From assembly GCA_013239625.1 (NCBI GenBank), contig MU053881.1, positions 9,943,957 to 10,007,956 on the forward strand: a stretch of DNA of 64,000 nt, read 5' to 3'. The notes under the pieces were generated by a model. That model was given only the letters and a program-made list of their open reading frames with translations. It was not told the origin of the DNA and made no database searches. The stretch is from Lama guanicoe. Taxonomy: Eukaryota. The first letter of the stretch is position 1. The number at the start of each line of letters is the position of its first letter. Shown piece after piece: positions 11,486 to 26,249 of this stretch. Position numbers and translations under genes: made by a program.

Positions 11486-12689
11486 CTCCCACAGTGGAGC
11501 AGGGAGAGAACCACTGCCGTTTCTTGGATTCCCTTTTTTGCTGAGAATCCCGCCAAACCACAGAAAGGAGAAGGCAGCTACAGCACGAGGCTTTGCATCT
11601 TCCAGGTGATAGGAGCTAACAGTGATCTTGGAACATTATTCCCGTTTATCAGTAAGTCAACCTAAAACAATTTCAACCGCATAGAAACTACCTTTCTGGT
11701 TTATTCCCCTTTTGCAGAAGTTTCTCTTTGTCTCTGACAAAGAGACGCCTGATGGTTCAGGCCAGCAAGCACATGTGGTCTTTAGATACCTCGGCCATTA
11801 TGATGGTCAGAATGTGGGGTACCGTCCACATGCTACCAGTACAACTGTAGGGAAAACTGAATAAAGCTGCCCCCGAGAAGTCTTAAGTGTACAGAGAAAA
11901 AAATTAATTGAGTCTGAATAAAAGCGCCTTTTACTATATGGCCCAACTCTCATCATTCATGCTGATGAAGGCTTATAACCTCCAGATTCACATTCTTCAC
12001 TTCCTGTGCAGTGGTCCTTCAGTTTCCCAGCCTCCAGGTCTTCTGGGTCCCACCCTCTTAAACCTCGGTATCCAGAGCTCACTGCAAAAGCCACCGACCT
12101 CTACGGTTCTCTTAACCAACCCCTCTATCATCCACCTAAGTGAGTGATTCTTTTCCCCAAATACAGTGCTTTCTCTAAGCCTCCAAGAAACAGTTAATGC
12201 TGGTGATTAATCCCCCTTTCCTACAGACTCACTTCAAAGACACTTGCCCTTAGTGTGTTCCATAGTTTATTATCTCTTCTTTTGAAGCCAGCAAACTTTA
12301 GTTTGCTTTAAGATAATAGTCCTCTCTCTGAATATTAATGAAGGAGATCAAGTTTGAAACACATTAGGGTATCATAAAAAGCAATCAAGGATGCATACTA
12401 TCCCCAACTCTACTGCAATACATGGTTTGAACCAGGAAGTATGTGCTGAGTGCCTACTGTGTGCTAATTGCAGCCAAGTGTATGAAATGCATAAGAATTC
12501 TTGCCTTAATTTTTAAAATTTCATTTCTAGCTAAGAATTAGGAAAGACATTTTAATCAGCAACTAAATGCTTTGTACAGTAAATATCAAGTGAAGTGTAT
12601 ACACTACTGCGGACACCATCAGGGAGAACCTTTGATGGAGCTGAGACCAGATTGTGACCATCGAGGTGAGTAGGGAAGAGACAGGCAAT

Positions 12690-13125
12690 TCTAACAGCTC
12701 CCTGGATCCAAGATCTCCCTTTTCCATTCAGAAAGAAAACTCCTAGTTAGAGATCAAATTTCCCTCAAGGCTAGTTATGTGACTCTATTTTGGTCACTGA
12801 GAAGAGATTGGTGCAACTTCCAGATTGAACTTTAAAAGGATGTTGTTTGTCCTCCACTTCCTTTCTTTCTCCATCCACAAGGATGGGATGTGGATGTGGT
12901 GTGGATAAGCCAGTTAGACCAGGCAGAAAAAGGCAATGCCTCTAGGAGGCGGTGGAGCATCAGATGGCAGTGACCCAGGTCCCCGAATGAAGGGTCTCAC
13001 AGCAATGCAACTTCCTGAACCACTCACTTATCTCTAGATTGCTACAGGAGAGAGGAGTAAAGCTTCTCTATTACTGGAGCCACTGCATTTGCACGCCTCT
13101 GGTTTATATGGATTTAGGCTGTACC
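12690..13125 (+). mobile_element. ERVL LTR, LTR16-like
   Basis: 3' motif 'gagagaggagtaaagcttctctattactggagccactgcattt' and internal 'ggatgtggatgtgg' resemble LTR16. Confidence 0.5.
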
Positions 13126-14429
13126 ATAAATGGTAAGTTTGTGAGGGGATGAGGTGCTCAGCTCATGCTCCGTGGTGTGTATTTATATAAGGAAAGAAGA
13201 AGGAGTTACTAGGATGATTAAGCCATTTATGTCAGGAGTAAGGAATATTCAAGCTGAGATACAAAGTCAATACCATAAGAGACTATGAAAAAGGACAAAT
13301 GAACTGGCTAGAGGACCAGTGGGCTTCTGTCTTGGGAGGAAGAAAAGCAAAAAGCAAGAGGGAGAAGAGACAAGAGGAGGGAATGAAGAGGAAAAAAAAC
13401 ATAGAAAGAACAGAGGTGGAGGTGGTGGTCATGGCCAAGAACTGCTTAGGAAATCACTGTGTGAAACTTACTCTGTCCATCGTCTGAGTTTGCGGAGGGG
13501 GAATTACTAGATTTTGGACCAAACAGTAAATGATCAGTCACTCTTATCTGGTAGTTCACTAAGGAACTTCTACCCAGACTCTACAATGCAGTGTGTTCAA
13601 GTTCTGGGTAAATAGAATTTCTTGCAGGCAGAAAAGCACCTGATTCCTGCTTGGTTTGGGCAGTGGAATAATGGTTAAGAGCTTGGGACAAATGCTGAGA
13701 GATGAGGTTGCAAGGAGATTTAGCTGTCAAGAAAGACTTTGGTCTCTATAAAAAATGAGAAGCTCTGGAACAGTTTCTTGGATTAAGACTAGCAGAATCA
13801 GAGCCATTTCTTGGAGTGGTTTATTCATCTAACCAAATCTTTACTGAAGTTTTACTCCATGGCAATCACACGGTGATTAATTTGATGGTAGTAATACAGA
13901 GAAGGTAGGGAATTTCCCAATAAATTCATCCTCACGTCAGAAGAGAGTGAACAGGCAGCTTGAATAATTAAAAAAAAATGTGAGGCCCTGGTAATTAAAA
14001 ATTAAAATGAAAAGAAATGTTTAAAAAGCAATCATGTCTGTTTTAACCTAAAAATATTGTTTTCAGTCATTTACGATTAAATATAACTGATGCTCCAGGA
14101 AGACGCGACACACTGGCTTCTAGTGCCCGCACGGCACACTTTCAAGTGCCCTGGGTCACGGTGCAGCCAGTTTCCACGTCGGGGGCCAGTGTGAAGTGCG
14201 GCCGAGACTTTGGCTGGGGGAATGAGTAGATGCCACCAGGAAGGTATGCGGGCAGCACGCTGTCTCTGTGTCTCAGTCTTATTTTCACGTTATTTATTCT
14301 ACGTGTCTTTGCTGTGGTCACCATAGCTGTCAGGTCATCAAATACCTTTAACAGAAAAAGGCAGGCTGCTCCTGCTGTTTTCCTTCCTATGCTAGTTGTC
14401 CCAGGAGGTCATTTGGAGACACAGATCTT

Positions 14430-14882
14430 TGGGCTGAAGGATTTTCCCAACATTCAAGTCTACCCAGAACCTCGGAATTACAACCTTATTTGAAAATAGA
14501 ATCTTTGGAGACATCATTAGTTCAGATGAGGCCATAACGGGTTAGGGCGGACCCCAAATCCAATGACTGATGTATAAAAAAAGCAGAGACCATGCAGAGA
14601 GAGACACACAGACACAGAGGAGATAGAGCCACAGAGAAGAAGGTGTAAAGGCAGAAATTAGAACGATACAGGATACGTCTACAAGCCAAGGAATGCCAAG
14701 GACGGCTGGGAGCTACCCGAGGAAAGGAAAAGGCAGGGAAGGATCCTTCCCCAGAGCCTTCAAGGACAACATGGTCCTGCTAGCACTGATTTTAGGCTGC
14801 CAGTCTCCAGAGTGGTGAGAGAATGTATTTCTGTTGCTTGCAGCCATGCCGTTTGTGACACTTTGTGACATTTGTTATGGGC
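14430..14882 (+). mobile_element. MaLR LTR, MLT1C-like
   Basis: 'ccttatttgaaaatagaatctttggaga', 'ctacaagccaaggaatgccaagga', 'ccttccccagagccttc', 'gagagaatgtatttctgttg'. Confidence 0.85.
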
Positions 14883-16036
14883 TATTCTCTCAGTGGATTA
14901 TTTCTGTCTTGAACCAGTCTTAAGGACTGAAAGTCTTCTAGTGGGCTCAGGTAGAGGCCATGAGAAGAAAAAAAAAAAAATTAAGGCACCCAAGCACATT
15001 AAAAAACAAAGAAATGACAAAACAGTATTTCAAAAAGTAATGGTTGCTTTTTAATATTTAATAGACTATATATATTTGTATCTAGCAATGTAAGTGTATT
15101 TGTACAACTGCATTTGAAAATAACATAATGCTCTTAAAGTTAATATAAAGTTTTAAAGAACATTAGCTCCAGGTTAAATAATCCTCTGGCTGTGAGCCTC
15201 TGGCTCCACATACCCTCCCCCCACCCCCAAGGACCTGCCAAAGACCTTTCTCCCTAAGCCGAGGTCAGAATCAGGGTGCTGCCTTTCCTAGGGCTCACTT
15301 CTGTCCTTATTTTAACCATGCTCCCGATTGAGGCTTGGTAAGACAGAGGAATCTTGGCTATTATTTACATGTGTGGAGCTAGCTCATTTTTCTAGGTCAC
15401 TGTACAGAACCTTAGTCAGCAGTTAGAGGTCAAACCACAGTGACCTTAAATGGGATTTTTTTTTTTTAACGAACTGGATTGAGCTGGATCAAACTGGATC
15501 AAACACCAAGAATTTGTTTTGGTGCCGAAAAGTGACAGCACTCTTTTCCCAGGATGAAACCCTGTCTTTTGTCCACAGCCGAATGGGAACCTGCAGTAGC
15601 CGATAAAGTGCTAATCATCTCAACTTTAGGACAGTGGCTCTTCTCTGAGACACAGTCCTAAATAAAGAGTTCAGCAAAGTACTCACAAATAGTCTATTCA
15701 GATGAGAAAACCAATCACAAGAGACCAGTCAGGAAAATTGGCAGTGTTTGGAGGAGGCAGCTCCAAGCTTCTACCAACCTGCAAAGTGAATCATTTGCAA
15801 CCCCCTGAGAAGGTACCATCTTCAGCTCAGGGCAGGGGTCAATAGCCACACAGCGTGATGCAGGCGCATGTTCACGGCCACACGCACACGCTCTACCTGG
15901 TCTATGAATAGAAAACACCAAGCTACCTCAGCGTTTTCATTCTCCTGACCTTCCTGAGTGGAGCTGTCCCAGCAGCGGGAAAAATAAACCACGAGGGGTA
16001 GAAACGGGAAAATTAAAATGTGAAAAACTATATTGT

Positions 16037-16380
16037 AACAAATATCATGTGATGTTGCTTATATGTGGAATTTTAAAAAACAAAACAAATTTTATTTATA
16101 AACCAGAAGTAGAAAATAAACTGTGGTTACCAGGAGAGAAAAAAAAAAAGCAGAGATACATTAAGAGTTTGGGATTAATAGATACACACTAATATATATT
16201 AAATAGATAAACAACAAGGACCTACTGTGTAGCACGGGGAACTATATTCAATTTCTTGTAATGCGCTGTAATGGAAAAAGAATCTGAAAATATATGTATG
16301 TATATGTATAACTGAATCATTTTGCTGTACATATGAAACTAACATTGTAAATCCACTAGTCTTCAGTAAAAACTAAGAAT
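16037..16380 (+). mobile_element. L1 3'UTR fragment (cetartiodactyl type)
   Basis: 'aaatagataaacaacaaggacctactgtgtagcacggggaactatattcaa'; TSD-like flanks aaaaactatattgt / aaaagctatattat. Confidence 0.85.
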
Positions 16381-18543
16381 TTTTTAAAAAGCTATATTAT
16401 AGCTCATTTGTGACCTTTACAAAAAAATTAGGCTTGAGAATATTAGGCTGGAGTGGATACAACAAAGTCTGACAGCTGTAAAGTCATAGTTTTTTTGTTT
16501 GGGTTTTTTTTTCTTCTTTGAGTGGCTTTCTACCAAAATCTTAAACAATAAGCAGACCCTGCATGTTTCTTGCTGGCTGACAGCCAGAGTAAATGGAGAA
16601 TTTTGATCAGTGCTTAACTATTGAAAGAAATTTGCCTTGAATTTCAGAGCGATCCTCTCTTCTATAAGCTATTTGCAGGGTTTGTCAAAGAGTCAGTTCC
16701 TATTAATAAGAAATGCAAAATGCTGCAGATTGAAAGTTATGCGGCGATATTCTTTCCCCGTAAACTTCCATGTAAGTTGGCTTCCTAAGCGAATTCAGCA
16801 TGACAAGCAAACGTCGGAAGCCACCGGTGTTATCATAAGAATACTTCCAGAAGAGCTGTGTTAGAAATGATGGCAAGTGTCAATATATTCCAACTACCTA
16901 AAGCACTCAGATGTAAAAGCCAAAATACGATTGTTGTTAGAACCATGTGCCGAAGGCTGAAGACAGTCTGCTGCCGTGTGCAGGATAAAAGGATTTTATT
17001 GTCCCTAAGAAAAGGAGCCCAGAGGTTTTCCAGGCATCTTCATCCCTGACAATAAACAAATAAGCAAACAAACAAATCCACCCAGGATTTCATAGCAATT
17101 AAGTATTCATTTGCTCTAAACCAAATGATCTTTCTACTTGGTGTGGGTGCAAGGGGGACAAAACAGTATCTTTTGTTTCTTTGTTTGTTTGTTTTGCTTT
17201 CTTTGACATCTTTGGGTAATCAGCGTTTAGCTCATTCTGCTTACTTTAATTCTCAGACATTCTATTATCTCTCCTTACTGTCTGAAAATCATTTTCTGTG
17301 GTTACGGATATTTTTAAATAGCCATTTAATTTCTATCTTTTTTAAAGACTGGATACTCACAAACAAATCTACTAAGCCTTGAGACTTAAACTCAGGGCAA
17401 AGGTAATTTTAAGATTGTATTTTTGGATCATGTTCTGACCACACATCAGAAACATCATTAAAGGTCAGTCAAAATTAATACGGAGATTAACAAGGGTCAG
17501 AAGTTATTTTGCAGAGGCTGCAGAATACGTTTGCAATCTGACTTTGTGGAATATCTATTACAAATGAGAAAGAATCTCAGTGGTTTTTGCAGAATCCCAT
17601 TTTCTTAATAGGAAATTGATGAATGACAGCATCTGGTAAGAAGGAAAAAGCATATGGTCTAACTCACTGTTTCTAGCTTTGGAATTTCTCTGGTTGCCGT
17701 TATGATTGACAGACCATCAAATGAATCACTCACTTTTCTTTCCCCCTCCATCGGTCCCATGTACTGACAAAGACACAGGGGGCAGTCGGTGGTGTGGTGC
17801 ATGAGAAATTAGACATGCAATGCCCATTAGCATAAATGGATTTTTTTGCACCTAATTCCCTACACACCATGCAAAATTCTACCCGCAGGACATGGAGAAT
17901 GCATGTTTTCTTGTTCTTTCTATTTATCATTTTTAATTATTAATTTCATATATAATTGGTTTCTTTAGAGAATGAAATGCCTAGTCGGTTATCTAAAACA
18001 CTGTTTTGGAGTCTTGGGGCTTGATGCTGCAAAAAGATGGGCTGATACAAAAAGATGTTATGGTATGTAAGACAAACAATGAAAATGAGGCTGAGAGATC
18101 TGGAGTGAAGTCAGGCTAATTAAACAATTCTCAGTGTTTAAATTCTTGCTACCTTCTCCAGGGTATACTGCCAATCATCTCATCTTGGGGGACGGCTCTG
18201 GTTTGCCCTCACCTCCAGGCTCACTTAATAAATGTAACCCTCAAAGAATTTATCAAATACTTTCACTCTAATAATGAAAGCTGTTTTGGTGTTTTCAACT
18301 CACTTGATTTCTTTCTCTTTTCTCCTCTGTCCTATTTGGTTTAAATACACCTAAGAGGAAAGTGAATTCTGAAAGGAGGAAGCTTGTCTAATTTCATCAT
18401 TACGTGTTCTAGAACCACCGCCCACCCCACAACCTCCTACCCAAATTTGCTCAGTTGGGCCCAGGTTTTGTTTGTGTTCCTCCAGTAACCAGAAACAGAT
18501 CGTCTCAGCAAGTAGCTTATTCTGTCACTGGACAGTTCCATCG

Positions 18544-19110
18544 TGGTGGCTGACCTTCAAGATGGCCCCCAAAGATTTTTGATTCTGGGTATATGTGCGC
18601 CTAGGAGTCTCCACCTCCCAACACTGACGAGGGCTAACCTATATAACAGACAAAATTTTGCATAAGTGATGGAATGTGACTTCCAAGACCACGTCATCAA
18701 AGACAGTACAGTTCTTGACTTGCTACCTCTTGGATGGATGGTTCTTTGGGAAGCCAGCTTCCAGGGAGTGAGGACTGTCAGACAGCTCTGAGGAGAGGGC
18801 CATGTGTGGAGAAGCACATGGGAAGAGACCATGCATGCTCCTGCCAACAGCCAGTAGCCACACCCGTCAGTCACCTGAGCTCACGGCTTTGGGGGTTGGT
18901 CACCCTGCCTCAGTTAAAGCCCTCGGATCACTAGGCCTTGGCCAACAACCTGACTGTAATTTTGTGAGAGATTCCCAACCAGAACTACCCCACTAAGCTA
19001 CTCCTGACTCCCTGACTCACAGAAATCACTGACAACAAATGTTTGTTATTGTTTTAAGCTCTTAAATTTGTGTTACTTTTTATATAGAAAATGTAGATGG
19101 CTGGCACAGA
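18544..19110 (+). mobile_element. MaLR LTR, MLT1F-like
   Basis: 'caagatggccccca', 'gtgatggaatgtgacttccaag', 'ccatgtgtggagaag', 'ctaagctactcctgactccctgactcacagaaa'. Confidence 0.8.
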
Positions 19111-19129
19111 TTGCAGTATCTTTTTGTTA

Positions 19130-19620
19130 TTCCTCACTCACCCAGTGAAGACTCAGGAAATCAATGAAATCCTCTTTCCATATGACAGCAAATTCCAGAT
19201 GAGAGTAAATCTGTTTCTTGTCGGGTAATACATTCTCAATCCCTTCAGTCTTCTGGTCCCCTGCTTTGCTTTCTCAATCTAGATCTTTCTGGGTCATCTC
19301 ACTCACAAGCCTCTGACATGACACTGAGGTCCCCTACACTGTACACAGGCATTTCCAATCGTCTACTGCTCAGATCTTTCTCACAGCCTAAAAGCACCTC
19401 AAGTTCAGAGGATCAGAATTAAACTCATTTATCATTTGCATCCAAATCTGTTCTCTAACGGGTTTGGTCTTTCTTGCCTGAGTACACTGCTAGCCACTCG
19501 AATTTCCAAATCATAAATACAACGTATCTTACGTTCCTCTTTGTAACACAAATTCTGAACACATCACTCCCTTGCTGAAGACTCCTTTGGGACCCTCTAC
19601 CGCCTTCAGCTAAGAAACCA
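19130..19620 (+). mobile_element. L2 LINE fragment
   Basis: Degenerate L2 ORF2/3' sequence ('gcacctcaagttca', 'catcactcccttgctgaagactcc'). Confidence 0.5.
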
Positions 19621-21569
19621 GTAACTGGGTAAATGCCCAAAGTGGGTAATTGCTAACTCAGTGGGCTTATGAACTGTGGTGCTGTGGTCTCTGTCTTAAA
19701 GACGTATTTACAGCTACTGCCAACAGATACCAGTATTTCTAGTCTACGACAGCATCCATTAACCAATTTGAAAAAACTCCACTGAAAAACTAATCCAACT
19801 CTACAATGTAGGTCTGTTACTTAGTTGGATATTTTTAGTTTTCTGTTGCCATAGTAGCTGTACATGGGAGCAAGGACATAAACTGAGACATCAGTGCTAT
19901 GATCCACCATAAATGTAAGATTTGATTACACTTAGCATTATATCAACTTTCATGATTACCATTCGTTAGGAGTCTTAGAATTACACTCTCATTAAACATA
20001 AAGCAACATAATTTATCATACTGACCTCCAACAGTACATAAATTTATTCCTCATGAAAAAGCACCAGGTTGACACCTGATAATGGTAAAGTCATTTTCTT
20101 TATGTAAAAGAGCAAGGATGCTCAAAGCCAGGTATGCAGATGAAGTCAGAGAAATTCGTTCAATGATCCAAATGTCACAATGGCACGTCAACAAAACCTT
20201 CAGATATGCAATAAATTTTTACCATCTTGCCTTGATACCTACACATCATTTAGACACCTATCGGAAACTAGGAAGTGTTCTAAATGAAATCTAAAACCTT
20301 TAAATGACTCTGAAAATTGCTCAGTTTGATTCTAATTTGGACAAAGGGCATTTTTATTTGAGGCTATGCCTCTGAACACACTCAAATTTGGGAATATAGA
20401 GCTGGAATCACCCAAAAAGTGGTGACTGAAATATTTTAAATCTTTAAAGAAAGAGAAGGCAACCCCTAAGAAGTAAAGGAAAATAACCTTTCCACTAAGA
20501 TACACAGTATACAAAATAAGGGTAATCACTCTAACAGTATTTCTGGCCTGAAACGTGAAGCACAGTTGAACATTAATAGACCCCTTTTATATATAAACTT
20601 GGGCTTTCTGGCCAGAAAAATCAAAGCTTCAGAAAATGTAAATCCATTTTTTTTAAATACAAGCATATGGGTCTTTTGTTTGAAATAGCACTCTCTTTCT
20701 AAAAGCTAAGACAATTTGACCAATATATTATGCCTTAACTTTAAATGCCAGAGGCCAATTCTAAAGTTTTTCTTTTGTCTGAAATATTACATGCTTATAA
20801 AAACTAAATATAATCTTAGGCAACTATAAGCCAAAGATACTACAGTTTGCATTTGTCCCATCATGTCATTAATTTATAATATTTTAAGTATTTTCTATTC
20901 CTTTCTTAATGTACCTGGCATTTTAATTCTGGCTTTAACTGCTGACATGTACTGGGCATACAGTGCAAAGAGCCCACTATAGACAGAAGGACTCCTAAAT
21001 ATTTTTCCTCAAAGGAGCTATCAGAGCCTATCAGAGCAGAGATGGGTTTCAAGACTATTTTGGCCAATACCCATTATTTGTCACAGTATTCTAGGTTATA
21101 TTTCATGTAGTATGCAATTCCCTAAAGTGCTTACATCCACTTGGGAGTTTTTCCAGAATTCCAAGTTTCCATCAACCACAATAACTCAGTAGCGTGTGCC
21201 AACGTCACTTGTCGGCTTCCCTTGGTCTCTTTCAGGAAAGAAATGACTAATGAAGAGATAATTACGTCCTGTGTCCTAACTCTGTCCCCCTCCTGTCTCC
21301 TCCCCCACGTCTCCAGGACTGACTCAATCCAAATAATTGTGTTTTTAAACATGCGGAGAAAACATTAGAAATTTCTTCATGCTTGAGAACTAATCTAACC
21401 ACCACTCATCTACACCTTTGAAACTTTCATAGATTGTAGACACATTTTAACGTATGACCCTTCAGAAGCGTATTGAGAGTTTCATTTTATCTTTCTCCCC
21501 CCACATGTGAGTCTGATAATCATCTACAGCACCTGGTATGCATTATTTTTCATCAAATGCCACCATATT

Positions 21570-21775
21570 TAGAGGCTAAGTGTATAGATTTTAGATCATC
21601 AGAAAGCTTCTCTTTGAATCCTGGGTCTGCCACCTGCTTGGGCAAATTTTTTAACTTCCCTAAGCCCCAGTTTCCTTGTTTGCAAAGTGGGGAAAAATAC
21701 CAGCCTATGAGATTGTTAGAAAAATTAAGTGACACAATCTATGGACAGAATTAACATCTGGAACATAGCTTATTA
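21570..21775 (+). mobile_element. MIR SINE
   Basis: 'ttgaatcctgggtctgccac...ttgggcaaattttttaacttccctaagccccagtttcctt'. Confidence 0.85.
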
Positions 21776-22129
21776 TTCCTGTCATTTACAAAAATGTCGA
21801 GCAAAAATCTCACCAATGTCCACACATTAAAAGTGAGATGAATGTCTACATTTGGTCTATAGTTTAGACTCAATATCACATAAAACAACATACTTTGGGA
21901 CCTACGAGAAACATGAGAATGTAGTTTCCTTGAGAGCCAGGACAACAGCTGATACATGCCTGGTTCTACCCTTACAGCCCACCACAACAGGCTATACACA
22001 GTCTGAGATAAGAGACTCACTTAAAATGATAGTTTCTCTCCATATAGGGAATAAATTGTCAGCCCTTAAATATGACATTCAAGACCCTCACTGCTAAGAC
22101 CAGAAAACATATGATGCTTCCTCCAGCGT

Positions 22130-22680
22130 CATCGTAGGCCACCTTCCCAACTGTATAGCATCCTGGCCATTTAGCAGGCTTGACTCCACCCCTAACGCCA
22201 GCGAGGAAGCCTCTGGTGGTCAGTGTAATTCTACTTCCCTCAACACCGCTCTGGATTAGGTATGGGACTGTTAATCAAACCTAAACCAATAAACAAGAAT
22301 GGAACTCCCCAGCTACCATGCTAGTGTCAAGGATGATTATGTGATGTAAGTTGGCTAAACCAAGGTAAAACATGTAACTTTCATCAATGAATTGAGAGGA
22401 CCTCCCTCTCTGTCTCTCAGAAGGCAAAAATGAAAAAGCATGAAATTGTGTTGCTTTTGACAGTCATTCTTTGAATGAAAAAAGGAGTTCCTCATGGGGA
22501 GCTGATACCCTAGAGGGCAGACCACAGACACATCGAGAAACTGACATTTTCTTGTCGCTGATGTTGCTCAGTGGACCAACTCTTATATAGAGTGTACTTA
22601 ACCAAGACATTTCTTTACTTTTCAGTTGATTTGAGCACACTTCTACTAGGAAAGTTTGTGAACTCAAACGTGCACCAAAC
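22130..22680 (+). mobile_element. Probable old ERVL-type LTR (LTR33-like), highly degenerate
   Basis: General resemblance only. Confidence 0.3.
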
Positions 22681-22829
22681 AGTTTTCTCGAGTAAGATCC
22701 GACTAGATTTTTCATAAACATTATGGTCCAGCTATTACTTGCTGATTTATCATTCCCCGAAGACCTTCCACACATTAACCACATCTGAATGCTTTCTGAA
22801 ATAGATCCTTGCATCAAAAACTCTTCCCT

Positions 22830-23120
22830 CACAGACACAGAATGGTTATCCTTATGGTTATCAAAGGGAAAACGGGGGTGAGGGATAAATTACAAGTTTG
22901 GGAGTAACAGATACACACTACTATATATAAAACAGATAAATAGTAAAGACCTACCACATAGCACAGGGAACTACAGTCAATAACTTGTAATAACCTATAA
23001 TCTGAAAAAGAATATATATGTGTGTATATATATATATATTTTTGCTGTTCACCTGAAACTAACACAACATTATTGATCAAGTATACTTCAATTGAAAAAA
23101 AAAAACTGAGGAAGGAAAAA
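22830..23120 (+). mobile_element. L1 3'UTR fragment with poly(A) tail
   Basis: 'gggataaattacaagtttgggagtaacagatacacactactatatataaaacagataa...agcacagggaactac'; A tail; flanks aaaaactcttccct / aaaaatctttcctt. Confidence 0.9.
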
Positions 23121-23444
23121 AAAAATCTTTCCTTTTTTATTCTACTTGTTCTTCCAATTCCAGCCCAAATAAACCCCCGCTTGCAAATCTTTCCATGAAT
23201 TTTTGGATTATGCCACAAATACAATGGTCTGTACCCTCCCATCTCCCTTTTGCTCCCCACCTGCAGATAGTCAGTCACTTACAGGGAGAGCTGACGCCAT
23301 GTTGGGCTTTGTGTCTCACCAGCGAACCTAGTACATCCTTACATTCAATAATCCCACTGATTTTAATCAAACCAGACGTTTTGGCTGCATATGTAGGGGA
23401 AAATGTATTAACGGCGGACCTACCTCATTGTTGACAGTGAGGAG

Positions 23445-23660
23445 TTAACATGTTTTGGACAACTATGTGTTAAGCACTATGTTATAGGGTTTTACATACT
23501 CGTAAGTTACATCACTTAATTTTCAACACAGACTTTGGATTCTTCTCTTTGTTTTACAGATCAGGAAACGGGGGCTCAGAAAGGCAAGTAACTCGCCTAA
23601 AATCACAACGTTTGTGAGTGAAGAGGCCAGAATGAGAAAGAGTCACAAAGTCCACAATAG
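23445..23660 (-). mobile_element. MIR SINE
   Basis: 'ttttacagatcaggaaacgggggctcagaaaggcaagtaactcgcctaaaatcaca'. Confidence 0.8.
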
Positions 23661-23958
23661 GGTAAGATTACTAAGTGGGCACAGACGTATCCTACAGAAA
23701 TTCCAGACCTGGCAGAATTGGTCTATTTAGTTCGAAGATCAGCATGAAATCATGTTTAGTATTATGCAGTCCTTTGTTGTTTGACTGAGCCTGGTTTAAA
23801 GAACTAAAAGTTTAAGGGAGGAAACTGATTAATTTCCCTGAAGGAATTGCCCTAAAGGAAAACTACAGAGTTAACTTCTGTTCTCCTTTCATTTATTATA
23901 CAAGTATTTATTCAGTGCCTTTTACATGGCATGCTGTATTCTAGGTGCTTGGATATAT

Positions 23959-24016
23959 CACACACACATACACATTATAAATATATATGTATGTATATAC
24001 ATACACACACACACAC
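23959..24016. repeat. Compound CA/TA microsatellite
   Basis: cacacacacatacacattataaatatatatgtatgtatatacatacacacacacacac. Confidence 0.85.
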
Positions 24017-25214
24017 TCTCCAACATAACTGGGTCAATATAGTGTTGTTGGAGATTTCTCCACACATACAATGCTAGTAGATCAAAAGCTAATAACCAAG
24101 AATTTTTAAATGTGAATATAATTTGTAAATTTTTGAAGCCTCTTATTTGTCTAAAGTAAAAGTATCAAAAAACTAAAATCAGTTTTACATAAACTTCCTT
24201 ACAGTGATTTGAGAGAAGTAATTCACAGAGGTTAGGGGTAGAATCACCTGCCATTTTCTTTTCCTACTTCCCAGATGGAGTCAAATGATAGAATTATTCA
24301 TGGAGGTGTTTTTTTGGTTCCAGTCATGTCAACCACAGACTAAGGGCAATTTTCAAACTAATAGTCAAAGCAGATCAAGACCTATACCTTCATTTTGATC
24401 TTTACCTCGAGAAAGTTCTAAGCTGACTGCTGCTGTAACACTTCCTTTCTCATTTTTCCCTAAGATTTCAAAGAAGGGCAAGAAAAAAAAAATCAACATC
24501 TCAAATTCTCCTTCCTGAGAGTTTATTTTTGAATCCTCTTTTGAATATCAGGCTCAAAGTTACAAGGAAAGGATTAATAAAAGCAAAATTTAGGATATAA
24601 TTAAATCTTACATGGAGGAAGGGGAATTGAAGAGGAAACATATTTAAGACTTGAAATATACTGTTGGTAGATTTTTTTTTAATCCAAGTTTTTGAGAAAA
24701 AAAGTCCCTCAAAACATCAGTTCATCATTAATAGTCTTTTTTTGGTACCCTTTCTTTTAGCTTGTAACAGGAATATTAAGGTTTCATTCTGAATGATTCT
24801 GATTGCAAAGCAGCCTTTCGATACAGTAATTTTCTCTGAAAAGATGCCACTTACTTAACAAGGGTCAAAGTGTAGGAGGGGAGAGCAGAAGGCAGGTCTA
24901 ACCAGAAAATGGGTGCCAGTCACACAGTGCAATTGAATTTTATATGCACAGAATTAAAGTTGAACAAAATTGATATCTCTCAAAACTAGATTTGTGGAAA
25001 CAGTTTCCTTCCAAAGGTCTATTTTTCTCCTTTTGATGACAATATCCAAGATACTACAGATTTATTGGTCACATCTAAATAGTATTCTCCAGAGGCAGAA
25101 ATTATCAAACAATCTTAGCATCGTATCTTCAAGCCTGAGTGCACTGCTTTGCTGAATAAAACTTCATTCACATGGTAATGAACTAATTCTTAAGGGAACA
25201 GCCTTGGAATTCAA

Positions 25215-25720
25215 AATGAAAAAATTTAGAAAGATTGCAAAATCACAGTGTTGGTGATATGGGAGAGAAACAGGGGTTCTTAGAAGGAGCTCAAATGATT
25301 TTACCTAGAGTCCAATATTTAGAGGACAGACTTTTAATACCTATAAAAATCTTTAAAATAAGTTGATCTTTGATCTAATGAACTCACGTCTAGGAATTTA
25401 TCCAAAAGAAAAAAATTAGAAAAGTGCCCAGGCAGATATATATTTCCCATCCAGGAGAATCCTGCACTACAATGAAGATAAACCAAGTCAGCGACATACC
25501 TGAACATGGACCACTCTTGGACATACGACTCTGAGGGTAAAAAGCAAGTCACAGAAGACTACGTACAGGATAATTCATTTTTTAATAAAACTCAAAAATG
25601 GGCAAAACCAAACAATACTTTTCTTAGGGATAGCTAGACAGCAAAATTATAAATCAAAGTGAAAGACCATTAAAAACAACACTGAAAACAGTAATTAGAT
25701 CGCAGGAGAAGGAAAGGTAC
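25215..25720 (+). mobile_element. Old L1 (L1ME-like) ORF2 end/3'UTR fragment
   Basis: 'cagtgttggtgatatgggagagaaacagg', 'ctaggaatttatccaaaagaaaaaaattagaaaagtgc'. Confidence 0.65.
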
Positions 25721-26249
25721 TCAAAGAAGAAACATCTCCACAGTTAAGACTTAGGATACAAATGTGGAACCACCTGCATTTCTAAAACTTTTGATTCCTC
25801 TTCCATAAATGACATCACAGCCCAGACATGAAATATGCACTCAATAAAGTGGCTCTGAAAACCAACCTTGTTATCTCAAGGTTTCAGGAAAAGGGGATCT
25901 TCCCTGTTAAAACATTCATGGGGAGTACAATTAATTAAAAGATGCTTGTGAGGAAAATATCTATTGATGCTACAAATGTTAGTTCTTCAACAGGTTTGCT
26001 CTTGGAACTTGTTACAGGAATGCTAAGTGTTCAGCAGAATTATTTGTTATCGGTAAAGGGGCCAGAAATACATATAAAACATAATGGAACATGCAATGGG
26101 AGGGGCTGTCTTGTAGAAACATTTTTCATACATTGGTAATGTAAATAGTTCTTTTGTCTCTTGTTCTGTATTGCAGATATAAAAGATCTAGACAGATTCA
26201 AACCTAAATTATGTAAATATGTTTATCCTTGTTACTATCATGTGTCATT

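Noticed and set aside
15472..15504. Short tandem duplication (ctggatcaaa x2, with similar cases near 21016 and 55002)
   Set aside because: Two to three copies of about 10-14 nt are ordinary slippage products, with no array or CRISPR-like structure.
22464..22838. 124-aa minus-strand ORF
   Set aside because: No recognisable homology; it overlaps a probable degenerate LTR and the edge of an L1.
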